This document shows positions 35,914 through 49,074 of a DNA stretch of 64,000 nt, piece after piece. Origin of the DNA: Mobula hypostoma (lineage: Eukaryota); contig NC_086097.1 in NCBI RefSeq assembly GCF_963921235.1, positions 50,718,001 to 50,782,000 on the forward strand, given 5' to 3'. The translations under genes were made by a program, and so were the position numbers. Every line of letters starts with the position of its first letter. Position 1 is the first letter of the stretch. Under the pieces are notes generated by a model. The model saw nothing but the letters and a program-made list of their open reading frames with translations, had not been told where the DNA came from and did not search any database.

Positions 35914-38340
35914 GTCAAGTTCAAGATCAAGTCTATTGTCATCTGACTGTACAAGTAAGTGGTCCTCTGGACTGAGGTGCACCCACAGAATATATATCAC
36001 ACGCCACATAACACAAAATATTGCCATAAGTTAATAAAATATAACTTAAAATGCATTTAGTGTGAAACAGTGACGAGACCTCGGTGGCAGCAGGGTACTC
36101 ATTAGTCTCACACCCTGAGGGAAGAAACTGTTACCCAGCCTGGCAGTCCTAGTCCTGATGCACCTGTACCTCCTTCCTGATGGTAGTGGGTCAAAGAGAC
36201 TGTGGGATGGGTGGTAGGGATCCTCAACAATGCTTCAGGCCCTTCGTCTATAACGCTCCCAGTAAATGTCACAAATACTGGGAGTGAGACCTCAGTAATC
36301 CTCTCAGCAGTTTTTATGATCCTCTGTAGGGTCTTGAAGTCTGATGAATTGTGGTTTCTGCACCACACAGTGATACCGACAGACAGGACATTCTTGATGG
36401 TGTTCACGTAGAAAGTTGTCAGAACAGGGGGCAGAGAGGCTTGCACACCTCAATCTCCTCAGAAAGTGCAGATGCTGCTGTATCTTCTTGACTGCGGAGG
36501 AAGAGTCATGGTCCAGTTTAGATTACCCATTGTGTGCACACTGATGAACTCTGTGTTCTTCCCTCTGTTTGTGGCAGAGCTATTGATGCAAAATGGAGAG
36601 TGATTGACCTTGCAAACAAGAGGAAATCTGCAGATGTTGGAATTTCAAGCAACACACATAAAAGTTGCTGGTGAATGCAGCAGGCCAGGCAGCATCTTTA
36701 GGAAGAGGCACAGTCGACGTTTTGGGCCGAGACCCTTTGTCAGGGCTAACTGAAAGAAAAGCTAGTAAGAGATTTGAAAGTGGGAGGGGGAGATCTGAAA
36801 TGATAGAAGACAGGAGGGGGAGGGATGGAGCCAAGAGCTGGACAGTTGATTGGCAAAAGGGATATGAGAGGATCATGGGACAGGAGGCCCATGGAGAAAG
36901 AAAAGGGGGAGGGGGCGTGCCTTCCTGAAATCTGCAATGATCTCTTTTGTTTTGTCCATGTTGAGACTTGAACTGTTATTTTCACACCATCTGGCAAGAC
37001 TCTCTACCTCCTTTCTGTATGCTGACTCATCATTGTTGCTGATGAGGCCAACCACTGTTGCATTATCAGAGAACGTAATGATTTGCTTTGAGCTGGATCT
37101 GGCAGTGCAGCTGTGAGCCAGCAGCATGGACAGCAGTGGGCTGAGCACACAGCCCTGGGGGGCACCAGTGCCTAGCATGATTGAGCTTGAGATATTGCTG
37201 CCAACTCGGACTGACTGGGGTCTTTCCAGCTAGAAGTCCAAGATCCAGTTACAGGGAGGGGTGTTGATTCTCAATGAGGACAGCTTACCCACCAGCACCT
37301 GAGGGATGATTGAGCTGGTCAATGATCAACATCCTGGCGTATGAACCATCAATTTCTAGATGGTATAGGGTGAAGTGTAGTGCAGTGGCTTTGGCATCAT
37401 CAATGGACCAGTTTAAGCAGTAGGCAAACTAGGAAGGGTCCAGTGTACAGTAGATGGAATGTGGAATTTTATACGATCCATTACCAGCTGCTCAAAGCAC
37501 TTCATGATTGTTGAAGTAAGTGTCACTGGGCAGTAATCATTTAGGCCAGCTACTGCCACTCTCTTGGGCACTGGAATGATGGTAGCTGCCTTGATGCTTG
37601 TAGGGACAATGGACAGTTTCAAAGAGATATTAAGGATATCCATTAAGACCTCTGTTAGCAGGGCTGCACAGTTCCTCAGCACTTGACCAGGTATGTTGTC
37701 CAACCTTGCAACTCTGCACGAGTTTACCTGCCTAGGACTCTTCTCGCCTTGGCTACAGGGTGCCTGTTTCTCAGGGGTGAGGGGGCTTTTCTCGATGTCA
37801 CATCATTAACTGTGTCAAATCGCTCATAGAATGCATTCAGCCTATCAGGAAGGGAGGTGTTGCTGTCGTTGATGGTTCTGGCTGGTATACCTTGCCACAT
37901 GTGCAGTGTGTCCCTGGTGTTTCAAAGGCTTCTGTAAGTTTTCTGAGGACTAAGGCTTTACCTTCCTGATGGTAGGGGAGAGCGTAACTTTAACTGGCCT
38001 TAGAGTTGTCCTGGTCCCCCACTCTAAAGGTGGTGTCCCTTCCCTAAGCAGTGCACAAACCTTTGCAGTCAGCCTTAGTTTCTGGTTTGCCCTGGCACTG
38101 TAGAGTTTAATCACGATGACATCCTCAATGCATTTTCCAATGTAGACAGTCACCAATCCCGCATATTCATTATTGTTGATGTGATGAGTGTAGGTCCATC
38201 TTCCAGAATGTAGACCAGTTCTTATTGACATAAATACACAGACCTTCTCCACAGGCTTTGCTGGAGGTCACAGCATTTCTATCTGTCTGGAAGAAAATTA
38301 GGCCTTTTAGCTGGATAGCCAGATTTGGTGTGGTGTCCTG
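35914..38340 (-). mobile_element. Rex/Babar LINE, long decayed copy
   Basis: DNIPGQVLRNCA, KAATIIPVPK, LNDYCPVTLTSTIMKCFE, TGAPQGCVLSPLL, VVGLISNNDESAYR; (CTTGAA)n-like tail. Confidence 0.88.
36613..36917 (-). mobile_element. Solo Penelope pLTR fragment with mutated hammerhead, inserted in the Rex/Babar copy
   Basis: Homologous to 54057-54360; core reads CTGACAA...CAAAAC instead of CTGACGA...GAAAC. Confidence 0.85.
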
Positions 38341-38342
38341 GT

Positions 38343-40200
38343 CAGGGCCAGATTAAGCTGGTGCGGGGCCTGTAGCAGATGTTAGAAGGGGCCCTAAATT
38401 TTAAAAATGCACGTAAGTATTAAAACATAAATTACTTACTTGCATAGTAAAAATAATTCAATTTTTTCATTTGCTATACAGCCAGATAATACGACAATTG
38501 TCTGACACTTCAGTAATAGTATTACTTACATGTAGGTATCAATTTCAAATATCAAAGGTAACAAAACTACAATTTAAATGTTATATTTTCTATATTTAGC
38601 ATGAGCAAATTTGTTGATGATACTGGAAATGTCTATATCACTCAGAAGTTCATGTTCAATGCTCATTAGGGTGAGATTGTTCAATCTGTTTTGACCCATG
38701 GTGCTCCTTAGTTCATTTTTAATCCTTTTTAGTTTTGAAAATGAACATTCTCCACTGCAGTTGGTAACCATGAGTGACAAATAGATGCACAAGGCATTTT
38801 CTACATTTGGAAAACATGACTCCAAAGAATTGTCAGTTATCAAACAGTACAACTGTAACTCTACAAGGTCTTGTTTGGCGCCAATACGAGAAGCAAGATC
38901 AGTTTTCAACAGTTCAGTAAACTGCAACAATTCTTCATTAAGACTTTCTTCCGGATATGATTTAATAAGATTTGATGACCTCTTTAAGATCTCTTCATGG
39001 TGTAAATGACTGTAACTGATGAAGGAATCCAAAAACACCATTCACCTTTAGATAAGCTTTCTGCCTTTTTGACAGGGCAGAAAACAAGCCGTCAGTAATG
39101 GCAAGAAATATTCGGCTTTTAAACTACTGAGAAGGCATTTGAGATTCAACAAGTGGATCAAGAGTGCTGGAACCATTGAAATCATCATACGCACAATTTT
39201 CTTGTGTTTTCTTCGAGTTTGCTGTTGATAATCTTCACACTTAGTCGGATCCTTGGCTTTTTGCTCAATGTCTGAAAAAGTAGACCATATAGCTTGAATA
39301 TATCCATGCAATGATTCATAGGGTGCACAAGCTGTGTTCAAGTCTTGGCCAGAAGATTGCAAAGAAGCACTGGTCATTTGGAAATGCTGTAATACTTGAT
39401 CCCACAATATGACCATTATTCCTGTTTCCAACTTCATCATGGTTGAAAGTAGTCCACAAGCCTGTTGTCGACATTCTGCCTTCTGATCATTGTTATTTGA
39501 AATGTCATCCAAGACTTGTTTTATTGCAGAAAAGCTGTGTAAAAGTGCTTTAGTTGCATCTGCACGAGCTGACCACCTGGTATCTGACATTCTTTTCACA
39601 ATGGGCAAATGAGCACCACCATCAGATAATGCAGCAGAAAGGAGATCCAACCGATAAGTAGAAGCAGAAAAAAATGTGTACAGGCTTTCTACAAATTGAA
39701 AGAAAACTAATGCTTCTTGACAACATTCAGCAGCACATTTTCCAACCAAATTTGGTGAATGTGCAAAACATGGAATGTAATCCGCAAACTCATTCAACTC
39801 TTTAATTTGTGCTTGTAAGCCACTATACTTGCCACTCATGTTGCTGGCATTGTCATAACTTTGACCACGGCAGTCGTTTATATCAATGCCATTTTCCTTT
39901 AAGTCAAGTAAACTTTGAGCGAGCTGTTCAGCACTATGACCCTCCATATCCAAAAACTTCACAATTCTTTCATCTGGTCCAGACAGCAAAACATAGTGCA
40001 CAGTCAAAGTCAGCTGGTCCACATTAGATATATCTGGAGTAGAATCCAATGAAACAGAATAATACTTGTATTTCTACACTTCACCGATAATGTGATCCAG
40101 TATGCTGGATCCAATCAGATTGATGAATTCCTCACATGTTGTTTTACATAGGTATGATTTATGTCTCCTTCCTTGGTTTGCATGAGCATTTATACCATGA
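38343..40200 (-). mobile_element. hAT DNA transposon with disrupted (ZMYM1-like) transposase
   Basis: DSTPDIS, GQSYDNASNMSG, CFAH, SDTRWSAR and the hAT dimerisation domain (FPNV...NCSGECSFSKLKRIKNELRSTMGQNRLNNL). Split by frameshifts. One TIR-like end, cagggccagatta, at 38343. Confidence 0.88.
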
Positions 40201-41725
40201 AAACAGCAAGGATCCAACACACGCCTGCACACACATACTGTACCATGCAGCATGCAGCTCCCCTGACATGAAAACAACAGCGTTGCCAGATCGTCGTTGT
40301 CGTGGCGTGGATGAAATCAGAGTGTTGCGTTACCGGTAGGTACAAGGCAGTTTCTTTATTCGACAAAACAAGGTTACTGCAGGCAGAAACCCCTGGCAGA
40401 ACAGGTCTAACTGCTTTGTGATTGAGGCTCGATGTTTATTTGCTAAACACAAAGGACAGTTCATAATTACAAGTATAGACAATTCTTTGAAGTTTTCACA
40501 TCTTGCCAGGCGTGCTGAATTCCTCCAGCATTTTGTGTGTGATATTAGAAGCATAGTTAATGGCACACCAGAGGCATGTGAAAGAGAGCTAAAAGTGAGA
40601 TAGCAGTATGATACAAAAATTTGTCTCAGCACTTGAGTTATGAGTGTTTACTTTGGCTTCTTAATCAGTAATTAGACAAAATACAAAAGCATGCCATCGG
40701 AGGACTGAAATGGCTGATATGCCTCTTGCCCAAAAACCACACCATCACATTTGTCATTCACTATGAAACCTAAGCCAGTAATATTCAAACACCAAGGGAA
40801 TAAAAGCAAACAAGGAATCAACAAAGACAAGAAGATCTGCAGATGCTGGAAATCCAAACAAGAAATCAACAACTTACAGATAGGAAAGATGAAATCAACT
40901 TCACTTGCCCCAACACTGAACTGGACTCACTTTCAAGGACCCGTCCTCTCAGCTTCTTGTTATTTATTGTTCATTTTATTAATATGTATTTTTATCCTCT
41001 TTCTTTTTGTAGTTGCACAATGTTGCCTGTCCTGCTGCGTGCGGTCTTTCATCGATTCTATTGTGTTTCTTGTATTTATTGTGATTGCCCACAAGAAAAT
41101 GAATCTCAAGGTTGTATATGGTGACACAGATGTACCTTGATAAATATTTTCTTTGAATCTAAATACATACTTGGTTGTAAAGGATCTCCAGCCCTAATAA
41201 ACACAAGCAGCATTATCAACCATCAAATCGCTGTCAATGTGTTTGCAATGGAATTTATATTATGCACAAATACTTCGTAGATCTGTTTCTATCTCAGCTG
41301 TTTTCCATCTCAGTTCAACTCTCTTCCCACCCCCACCCAGCTGATCAGTATATGCTTTTTATTTTCTTGAGTTTACATTCTCTTAAAGCCAAACACACTA
41401 TTTGTCTCAGTCATTCCATTGAGCAAAGAACTACAAAGTACTTTTTCAATACAATACTCAAATACTCAAAGGCAAGGAGTTCAAAGCATGATTTTTAAGA
41501 AATTCATTTTAATATTTCGTACCCGAGTTACAGTACAACAGTAATAATAAATTGCAAACTTTCTTAGTGTCTAAGCTTGTATTAAAAACATACCACTGAT
41601 CAAATTCAGAAATGAAAGTTACATACAATAGTGTAAGAATTTTAAAATCAGAACAATCTGTAGCATTCAAATTTTCAATCTGAGTTTAAGAATTTTGCAT
41701 CTTCCAAAATTAAAGCCATAAAAAT

Positions 41726-41921
41726 CTACAAATTAAATCGTTTCTCTGCTTCATCAGCAATGATTTCTCCAATGGCTAAGGATGAGGTTGCTGCAGGTGA
41801 AGGTGCATTTCGAACATGAAGAACTTGGCTCCCAATAGGTCCAGAGCCTCCATCAAACACAAAGTCATCTACTAGATTACCATTTTTGTCCAAGGCTTGT
41901 GCCCTTACTCCGGATGGGCCT
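41726..41921 (-). CDS. L2HGDH: L-2-hydroxyglutarate dehydrogenase, last coding exon (exon 10 by human numbering)
   Basis: [23 protein letters not shown]...[16 protein letters not shown]...RFNL*; acceptor ctgcag|A; 196 nt. Confidence 0.97.
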
Positions 41922-43799
41922 CTGCAGGAGTACAGCAAATCAAAGAGGTTACATACCATATAGTAACATACAAATCAAATAACTTTAACCGTAATTCTCT
42001 TTAAACAGTCTAATGTTATTGTGTCCTAATAAGTTCAAACATTAGATTATACCAAATGATGCATTACGTTTTCTGTTTCAGTGAATCTGAGAGTTTTAAT
42101 TTGAACTATATTGTGGACATTAATTTTATGTTCTTTTATATTGACTCAGCTGTGAATTAAATTTATAGATCAGTTTGAAGATAGCTTCAACATAAGAACA
42201 TGACATTAAAATTGAACAAGATATTAATATTGAGCTTTTATGTTGCAGATTTGAAAACTTAGTCTTTGAAAAATCTTATTTTCATCTACATTGGTTCTTA
42301 AATATGCTCTTATATTCTGGACAACAGGATAATTTAGGTCAGGCACTCCTAATAGAACTCAATGTCATGACGATATCAAATACAGACTGCGTAGTTTCCG
42401 AAGTGTGACTAGTTCTCTAAACTTCTCTTTTCAAGGTTGTACTACTACTCTAAGTCTGTAGGTGGCTAGAGAAAAACCAGCAAAGCCAATTAATTCATTT
42501 GTGCCTCATAATGAAATGCAGTGTATATATTCCTCAATACCATTTGAACAATGACAAAGAGCTCTCACAGTGATATTCCTCTAAATACAACCTGCCTGGT
42601 TATTCACTTCCACTTCAATATTAGTTTCATCAAAACCCCGACATATTTTGACAAGGAACCCATATTAAAGAAGGTTCAAACTCATGTTTTGGCTTTGGCA
42701 CAGTATCAAAGTCATATTCAAAATCACAAATTATATTCATTGTGCCCATCTCTTAGAATGTGTTGATGTTTGAAGTTAGTCAGGTCTATTAATCTTTTCT
42801 TTTAGCATTTGTAGTTAGTGTGTACATTAACTAGTTTGGGAATTTAATGCAGCACTCTGACAGTTCCAGCTATCAGCTGTTAAGCAGTTAGCTTACCTTC
42901 TTCTACTGTCAGGACTAGCAAGAGCTGCTCATTTCCTGCTGAGCCCAGTGTTCTAACCCTATCTGCTTGTGAAGCTGATCTCTCACACACCCAACTGGAA
43001 TCTCCTAGACCTTGTCCATGAGTGACACCTGCTGGTAACAGTCCTGCCATTGCTGCAAATTTTCAATGCACTTGTACTGCTAAATGGTAGAAAGCTTCTT
43101 GAGATTAAAACTTCGGGAATGAACTTGCTTAGTTTGGCACTCCAGGGTAGGATGATGCTGGACACTACATTTTATATTATATCTTACTTCATGGATTCTT
43201 TATTAATTAATTGGCAAACAAATAATAGTGACCACAAGAGTTCTTCTACTCACCAGAACACAGTAAGAGCACTGTTCATGAAATTAACATTAATTGTAAC
43301 ATACACAGACAATAGGCATATCCTGCTCATCACACAGATTTAGAATTTTTAAAAATTTCTGTAAACACTCATGTAAACAAAAATATATGATTGAAGTTAC
43401 CTTTCCTTTCAATAACAGTCCCCACTTATATTACAAAATCTGTAAGACTATCCTAGCTGTACCACAGTTATGGCTGAAACCAACTAATTCAACAAAACTG
43501 TTGAATGGTCCTTGCTGTTCTAACACAACAAATGATGCTTATATGCATCTTGCCAAAAGAAAAACCTTGACAAAAATCTATAAAGTTTGAGTGAAATCAT
43601 ATTCACCAATATAGACTAATTTGCAACATTAATGATGGACACTCAGACTCTTCCAAATCAATCGCTTATCCAGTTTGATACAGATTTTTCCATGAGGAAA
43701 ACATATTTTTGGGAAGGATAAGTAGGAGGTGCTTTTCAGGCTTGTATCATCAGCATGCATAAGGGCCAATCATGTTAGCTCCTGTTTGCATTCATCAGA

Positions 43800-44280
43800 A
43801 TAGTGAAGCACAAGATTCACCATAGGGGGACCCTACTGAGTTCAATCAGCACTCTGCATATTTGCCAACTGCATAAGATACCTACAACTCTAAGACAAAT
43901 ACCCAGCTCATGATGACCTGGCCTCATCACCAGATATGCATCTGGGAACAATGTAAACATCTGGTATAAGCAAACACAACCTGCAGCACAGAAAGTCTGG
44001 AAATACTATTATCGTAAGGGCAGACATTAATGATGAAGCGTAGCAACACCTTTAATGTGCCTATACACACTCTGGTCAATTGGGAGAAAAGATTATTTGA
44101 AGATCTAAATGTCAGATCTGACAAACTCATGGTCTACAGGGCGGCAGCATTCTTTGCCCTCCTATAATCTTTTGAGACCTGGATAACCCGCAGCATAGGT
44201 ACCATACATTTCAAGGCACTGAAGAATTACCACAAATATTGTCAGTTCATTTCCATGTTACTTACACGCCTAACACCAGA
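43800..44280 (+). mobile_element. Old RTE-type LINE fragment
   Basis: Remnant KLMVYRAA..ALL...ETW...HFKALKNYH. Confidence 0.55.
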
Positions 44281-44487
44281 CTCCTGAAATAGACAATCTA
44301 TTCCAATCCATGTCATGGAAGCAACTATAAGATTCAAGGATGTGCTCAAAGTCCTTGAAGAAATACAACATCTTAACTTACTCTGGGGGGCCTCTGACTC
44401 AAACACTGAAAGTGGAGGAGGAGTAAGCAAACCGTACTGAGATCCTCAAGGACATGTCTCTGGGATGTCTCTGGCATGCATGTCTCT

Positions 44488-47400
44488 GGGAGCTGAACAT
44501 CCAAGGATACACGGTGTATCGGAAGGATAGGAAGGTAGGCAGAGGGGGAGGCGTGGCTTTATTGGTAAGAAATGATATTAAATCTTTGCCCTCCTATAAT
44601 CTTTTGAGACCTGGATAACCTGCAGCATATGTACCATATATTTCAAGGCACTGAAGAATTACCACAAATATTGTCACTTCATTTCCATGTTACTTACACG
44701 CCTAACACCAGACTCCTGAAATAGACAATCTATTCCAATCCTTGTCATGGAAGCAACTATAAGATTCAAGGATGTGCTCAAAGTCCTAGGCAGAGGGGGA
44801 GGCGTGGCTTTATTGGTAAGAAATGATATTAAATCATTAGAAAGAGGTGATATAGGATCGGAAGGTACAGAATCTTTATGGGTTGAGCTAAGAAATCGCA
44901 GGGGTAAAAGGACCCTGATGGCAGTTATTTATAGGCCTCCAAACAGCTGCAGGGATGTGGACTACAAATTACAACTGGAAATAGAAAAGGTTTGTCAGAA
45001 GGGCAGTGTTATGATAATTGTGGGGGATTTTAACATGCGAGTAGATTGGGAAAATCAGGTCAGCACTGGATCTCAAGAGAGAGAATTTGTAGAATGTCTG
45101 CGAGATGGCTTTTTAGAACAGCTTGTTGTTGAGCCCACTAGGGGATCGGCTGTACTGAATTGGGTATTGTGTAATAAACTGGAGGTGATTAGAGAGACTG
45201 AGGTGAAGGAACCCTTAGGAGACAGTGATCATAACATGATTGAGTTCACTGTGAAATTAGAAGAAGAGAAGCTGAAATCTGATGTGTCGGTATTTCATGG
45301 AGTAAAGGAAATTACAGTGGCATGAGAGAGGAACTGGCCAAAGTTGACTGGAAAGGGACACTGGTGGGAAAGACAGCAGAGCAGCAATGGCTGGAGTTTA
45401 TGCGAGAAATGAGGAATGTGCAAGACAGGTATATTCCAAAAAAGAAGAAATTTTCGAGTGGAAAAAGGATGCAACCATGGTTGACAAGAGAAGTCAAAGC
45501 CAAAGTTAAAGCAAAGGAGAGGGCATACAAGGAAGCAAAAATTAGTGGGAAGACAGAGGATTGGGAAGTTTTTAAAACCTTACAAAAGGAAACCAAGAAG
45601 GTCATTAAGAGAGAAAAGATTAACTATGAAAGGAAGCTAGCAAATAATATCAAAGAGGATACTAAAAGCTTTTTTAAGTATATAAAGAGTAAAAGACAGG
45701 TGAGAGTAGATATAGGACCGATAGAAAATGATGCTGGAGAAATTGTAATGGGAGATAAGGAGATGGCAGAGGAACTGAATGAGTATTTTGCATCAGTCTT
45801 CACTGGGGAAGACATCAGCAGTATACCAGACACTCAAGGGTGGCAGGGAAGAGAAGTGTGCGCAGTCACAATTACGACAGAGAAAGTACTCAGGAAGCTG
45901 AGTAGGCTAAAGGTAGATAAATCTCCTGGACCAGATGGAATGCATCCTCGTGTTCTGAAGAAAGTAGCTGTGGAGATTGCGGAGGCATTAGCGATAATCT
46001 TTCAAAAGTCGATAGATTCTGGCATGGTTCCAGAAGACTGGAAGATGCAAATGTCACTCCGCTATTTAAGAAGGGAGCAAGGAAGCAAAAAGGAAATTAT
46101 AGACCTGTTGACATCGGTGGTTGGGAAGTTGTTGGAGTCGATTGTCAAGGATGAGGTTACAGAGTACCTGGAGGCATATGACAAGATAGGCAGAACTCAG
46201 CAAGGATTCCTTAAAGGAAAATCCTGCCTGACAAACCTATTACAATTTTTTGAGGAAATTACCAGTAGGCTAGACAAGGGAGATGCAGTGGATGTTGTAT
46301 ATTTGGATTTTCAGAAGGCCTTTGACAAGGTGCCACACATGAGGCTACTTAACAAGATAAGAGCCCATGGAAGTACGGGAAAGTTACATACATAGATAGA
46401 GCATTGGCTGATTGGCAGGAAACAGAGAGTGGGAATAAAGGGATCCTATCCTGGTTGGTTGCCGGTTACCAGTGGTGTTCCACAGAGATCAGTGTTGGGG
46501 CCGCTTCTTTTTACATTGTACATCAACGATTTGGATTATGGAATAGATGGCTTTGTGGCTAAGTTTGCTGACAATACGAAGATAGGTGGAGGGGCCGGTA
46601 GTGCTGAGGAAACGGAGAGTCTGCAGAGAGACTTGGATAGATTGGAAGAATGGGCAGAGAAGTGGCAAATGAAGTACAATGTTGGAAAGTGTATGGTTAT
46701 ACACTTTGGCAGAAAAAATAAACGGGCAGACTATTATTTAAATGGGGAAAGAATTCAAAGTTCTGAGATGCAACGGGACTTGGGAGTCCTCATACAGGAT
46801 ACCCTTAAAGTTAACCTCCAGGTTGAGTCAGTAGTGAAGAAGGCGAATGCAATGTTGGCATTCATTTCTAGAGGAATAGAGTATAGGAACAGGGATGTGA
46901 TGTTGAGGCTCTATAAGGCGCTGGCGAGACCTCACTTGGAGTACTATGGGCAGTTTTGGTCTCCTTATTTAAGAAAGGATGTGCTGACATTGGAGAGGGT
47001 ACAGAGAAGATTCACTAGAATGATTCCAGGAATGAGAGGGTTAACATATGAGGAACATTTGTCCGCTCTTGGACTGTATTCCTTGGAGTCTAGAAGAATG
47101 AGGGGAGACCTCATAGAAACATTTCGAATGTTGAAAGGCATGGACAGAGTGGATATGGCAAAGTTGTTTCCCATGATGGGGGAGTCTAGTACGAGAGGGC
47201 ATGACTTCAGGATTGAAGGGCACCCTTTCAGAACAGAAATGCGAAGAAATTTTTTTAGTCAGAGGGTGGTGAATCTATGGAATTTGTTGCCATGGGCAGC
47301 AGTGGAGGCCAAGTCATTGGGTGTATTTAAGGCAGAGATTGATAGGTATCTGAGTAGCCAGGGCATCAAAGGTTATGGTGAGAAGGCGGGGGAGTGGGAC

Positions 47401-47494
47401 TAAATAGGAGAATGGATCAGCTCATGATAAAATGGCGGAGCAGACTCAAGGGGCTGAATGGCCTACTTCTGCTCCTTTGTCTTATGGTCTTATG
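44488..47494 (+). mobile_element. CR1 LINE, about 3 kb, best-preserved copy; in L2HGDH intron, antisense to the gene
   Basis: APE endonuclease (GGGVALLV, YRPP, GDFN, SDHN) and RT (KSPGPDGMHP, YLDFQKAFDKVPH, KFADN) in three long ORFs; (TCTTATGG)2 tail. Confidence 0.95.
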
Positions 47495-48520
47495 GACATG
47501 CATCAAAAGCCCTGTGTCTGACCACCTCCTGAAGTACTTACTCACCTTCACACTCCATCAGCCTCAATCCGCACCATCTCTGGGAGAGTTTGCATTTTTC
47601 TCATTAGCCTCTTTAGGGTTAGAATTAGACTTTCACTCAGGTTTTGTAGATTAAGTCATCCTTGATCTACAAAGAGCTGTCTTAATAAAAAACTAATGCA
47701 CCCAAAGGAATGCAAACATAGGAGTGAGGAGGACACAGTTTGTAAAGCAGACATATGCAGGTTAAGTCAATGGACAAAATACTGGGAAATGGAATACAGC
47801 ATCAAGGAGTGTGAAGTTATTCACTATGGTTAGAAAAAGAGAAAAGCAGTGCAAGGCTATATTTAGAGAACAAAGTATACTCATAGGGGGTTAGAATGTA
47901 GATACAACATGTAATTAATATGGCAAATTAAATATGGCCATATTCAGTAGTGTTGATCCTTCAATAACTCATCCACTTATTGTCTCCAAGTGCTACTCTT
48001 GAAAATACAAACTTGTCTATTATTTTGATATTGACCCAGTCTGACTGGTCGTCTGCTTTGCTGGTCGTATATACAAACATCCATTGGCTTTATTGATTGC
48101 TGATTTAAACCTGAAATATTAGCCATCATGCATGCCAAGATCTAAAAGTCTCTGAACTTCATCTATTCAATACAGATCTGAAAATGGCACAGGATACAAA
48201 TTTAGCTTTTGAAAAGAAAGCAACATTTAATATTTAGCTATCACAACCAATTACGTAAATCTTTAACTCAGTATGCCAACGTTAAATATGGCCTCTTTTC
48301 ACATAAGAATACTGTGGAAAAATAGTAATTAATTGAAACAGTAACAGTTTATTTGTAGACTGCATAATCTCCAACATTTTTGAATACAATTAACTTAACC
48401 CAACATTTTTATAATACTATGTGATCTTTGGATTATAATTGAGAAATACAAAAGAAGCAGAGAAGAAGCAATAAGTCAAAACATGCAAGACTCAATGTGC
48501 TAAACAATCTTTCTCCTTAC

Positions 48521-48652
48521 CTCATAACGTCATTGACGGTAAGCTGTGGAATATACCGCTGAAGCTGTTTCACTTGGGCACTGATAATGATTCCTCTATA
48601 CATTTCATTTATACCAAATACAACATGTTTCATGGCAAGTTTTTGAACCCCA
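48521..48652 (-). CDS. L2HGDH: L2HGDH exon 9 (132 nt)
   Basis: (S)GVQKLAMKHVVFGINEMYRGIIISAQVKQLQRYIPQLTVNDVM(R); ttaccag| and |gtaagg; phases fit both neighbours. Absent from the ORF track. Confidence 0.93.
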
Positions 48653-49074
48653 CTGGTAAAGGGAGAGTGAAGAGTTAGTTTTTACGCTTCTGGAAGTGTA
48701 CAAATCTGAAGATACCTATTAGAAACCACGTTCAAACTTAAAACACCAAGAAGTGTTTTTTAATTAACATATGACCAATTTCTGCTTTAAGATTAAAATT
48801 TTAATTCAAAATACATGTTTAACACCACAGAAACAAAATATGTGATATGAACTTGAAGTTTTGTTACATCTCTGAAATACAATCCAAAATAGAAGGCTTA
48901 CGTTTTGTATATGCGAATGACGTTACTTGCGGAAGCCGGGGCATAAAAATAACAAACACCTCAGAGCCATTTATGTCAAGTAATTAAAATGACTATTGCA
49001 ATGTGTTTTCACATTTCCATTTTACCACTAATGAGCAGGTACGTTCAAGAATGTGAACAGGAAACTTAACCATA

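Noticed and set aside
39048..40049. Domesticated ZMYM1/ZBED-like gene
   Set aside because: Frameshifts, missing 5' part and a retained TIR indicate a dead transposon.
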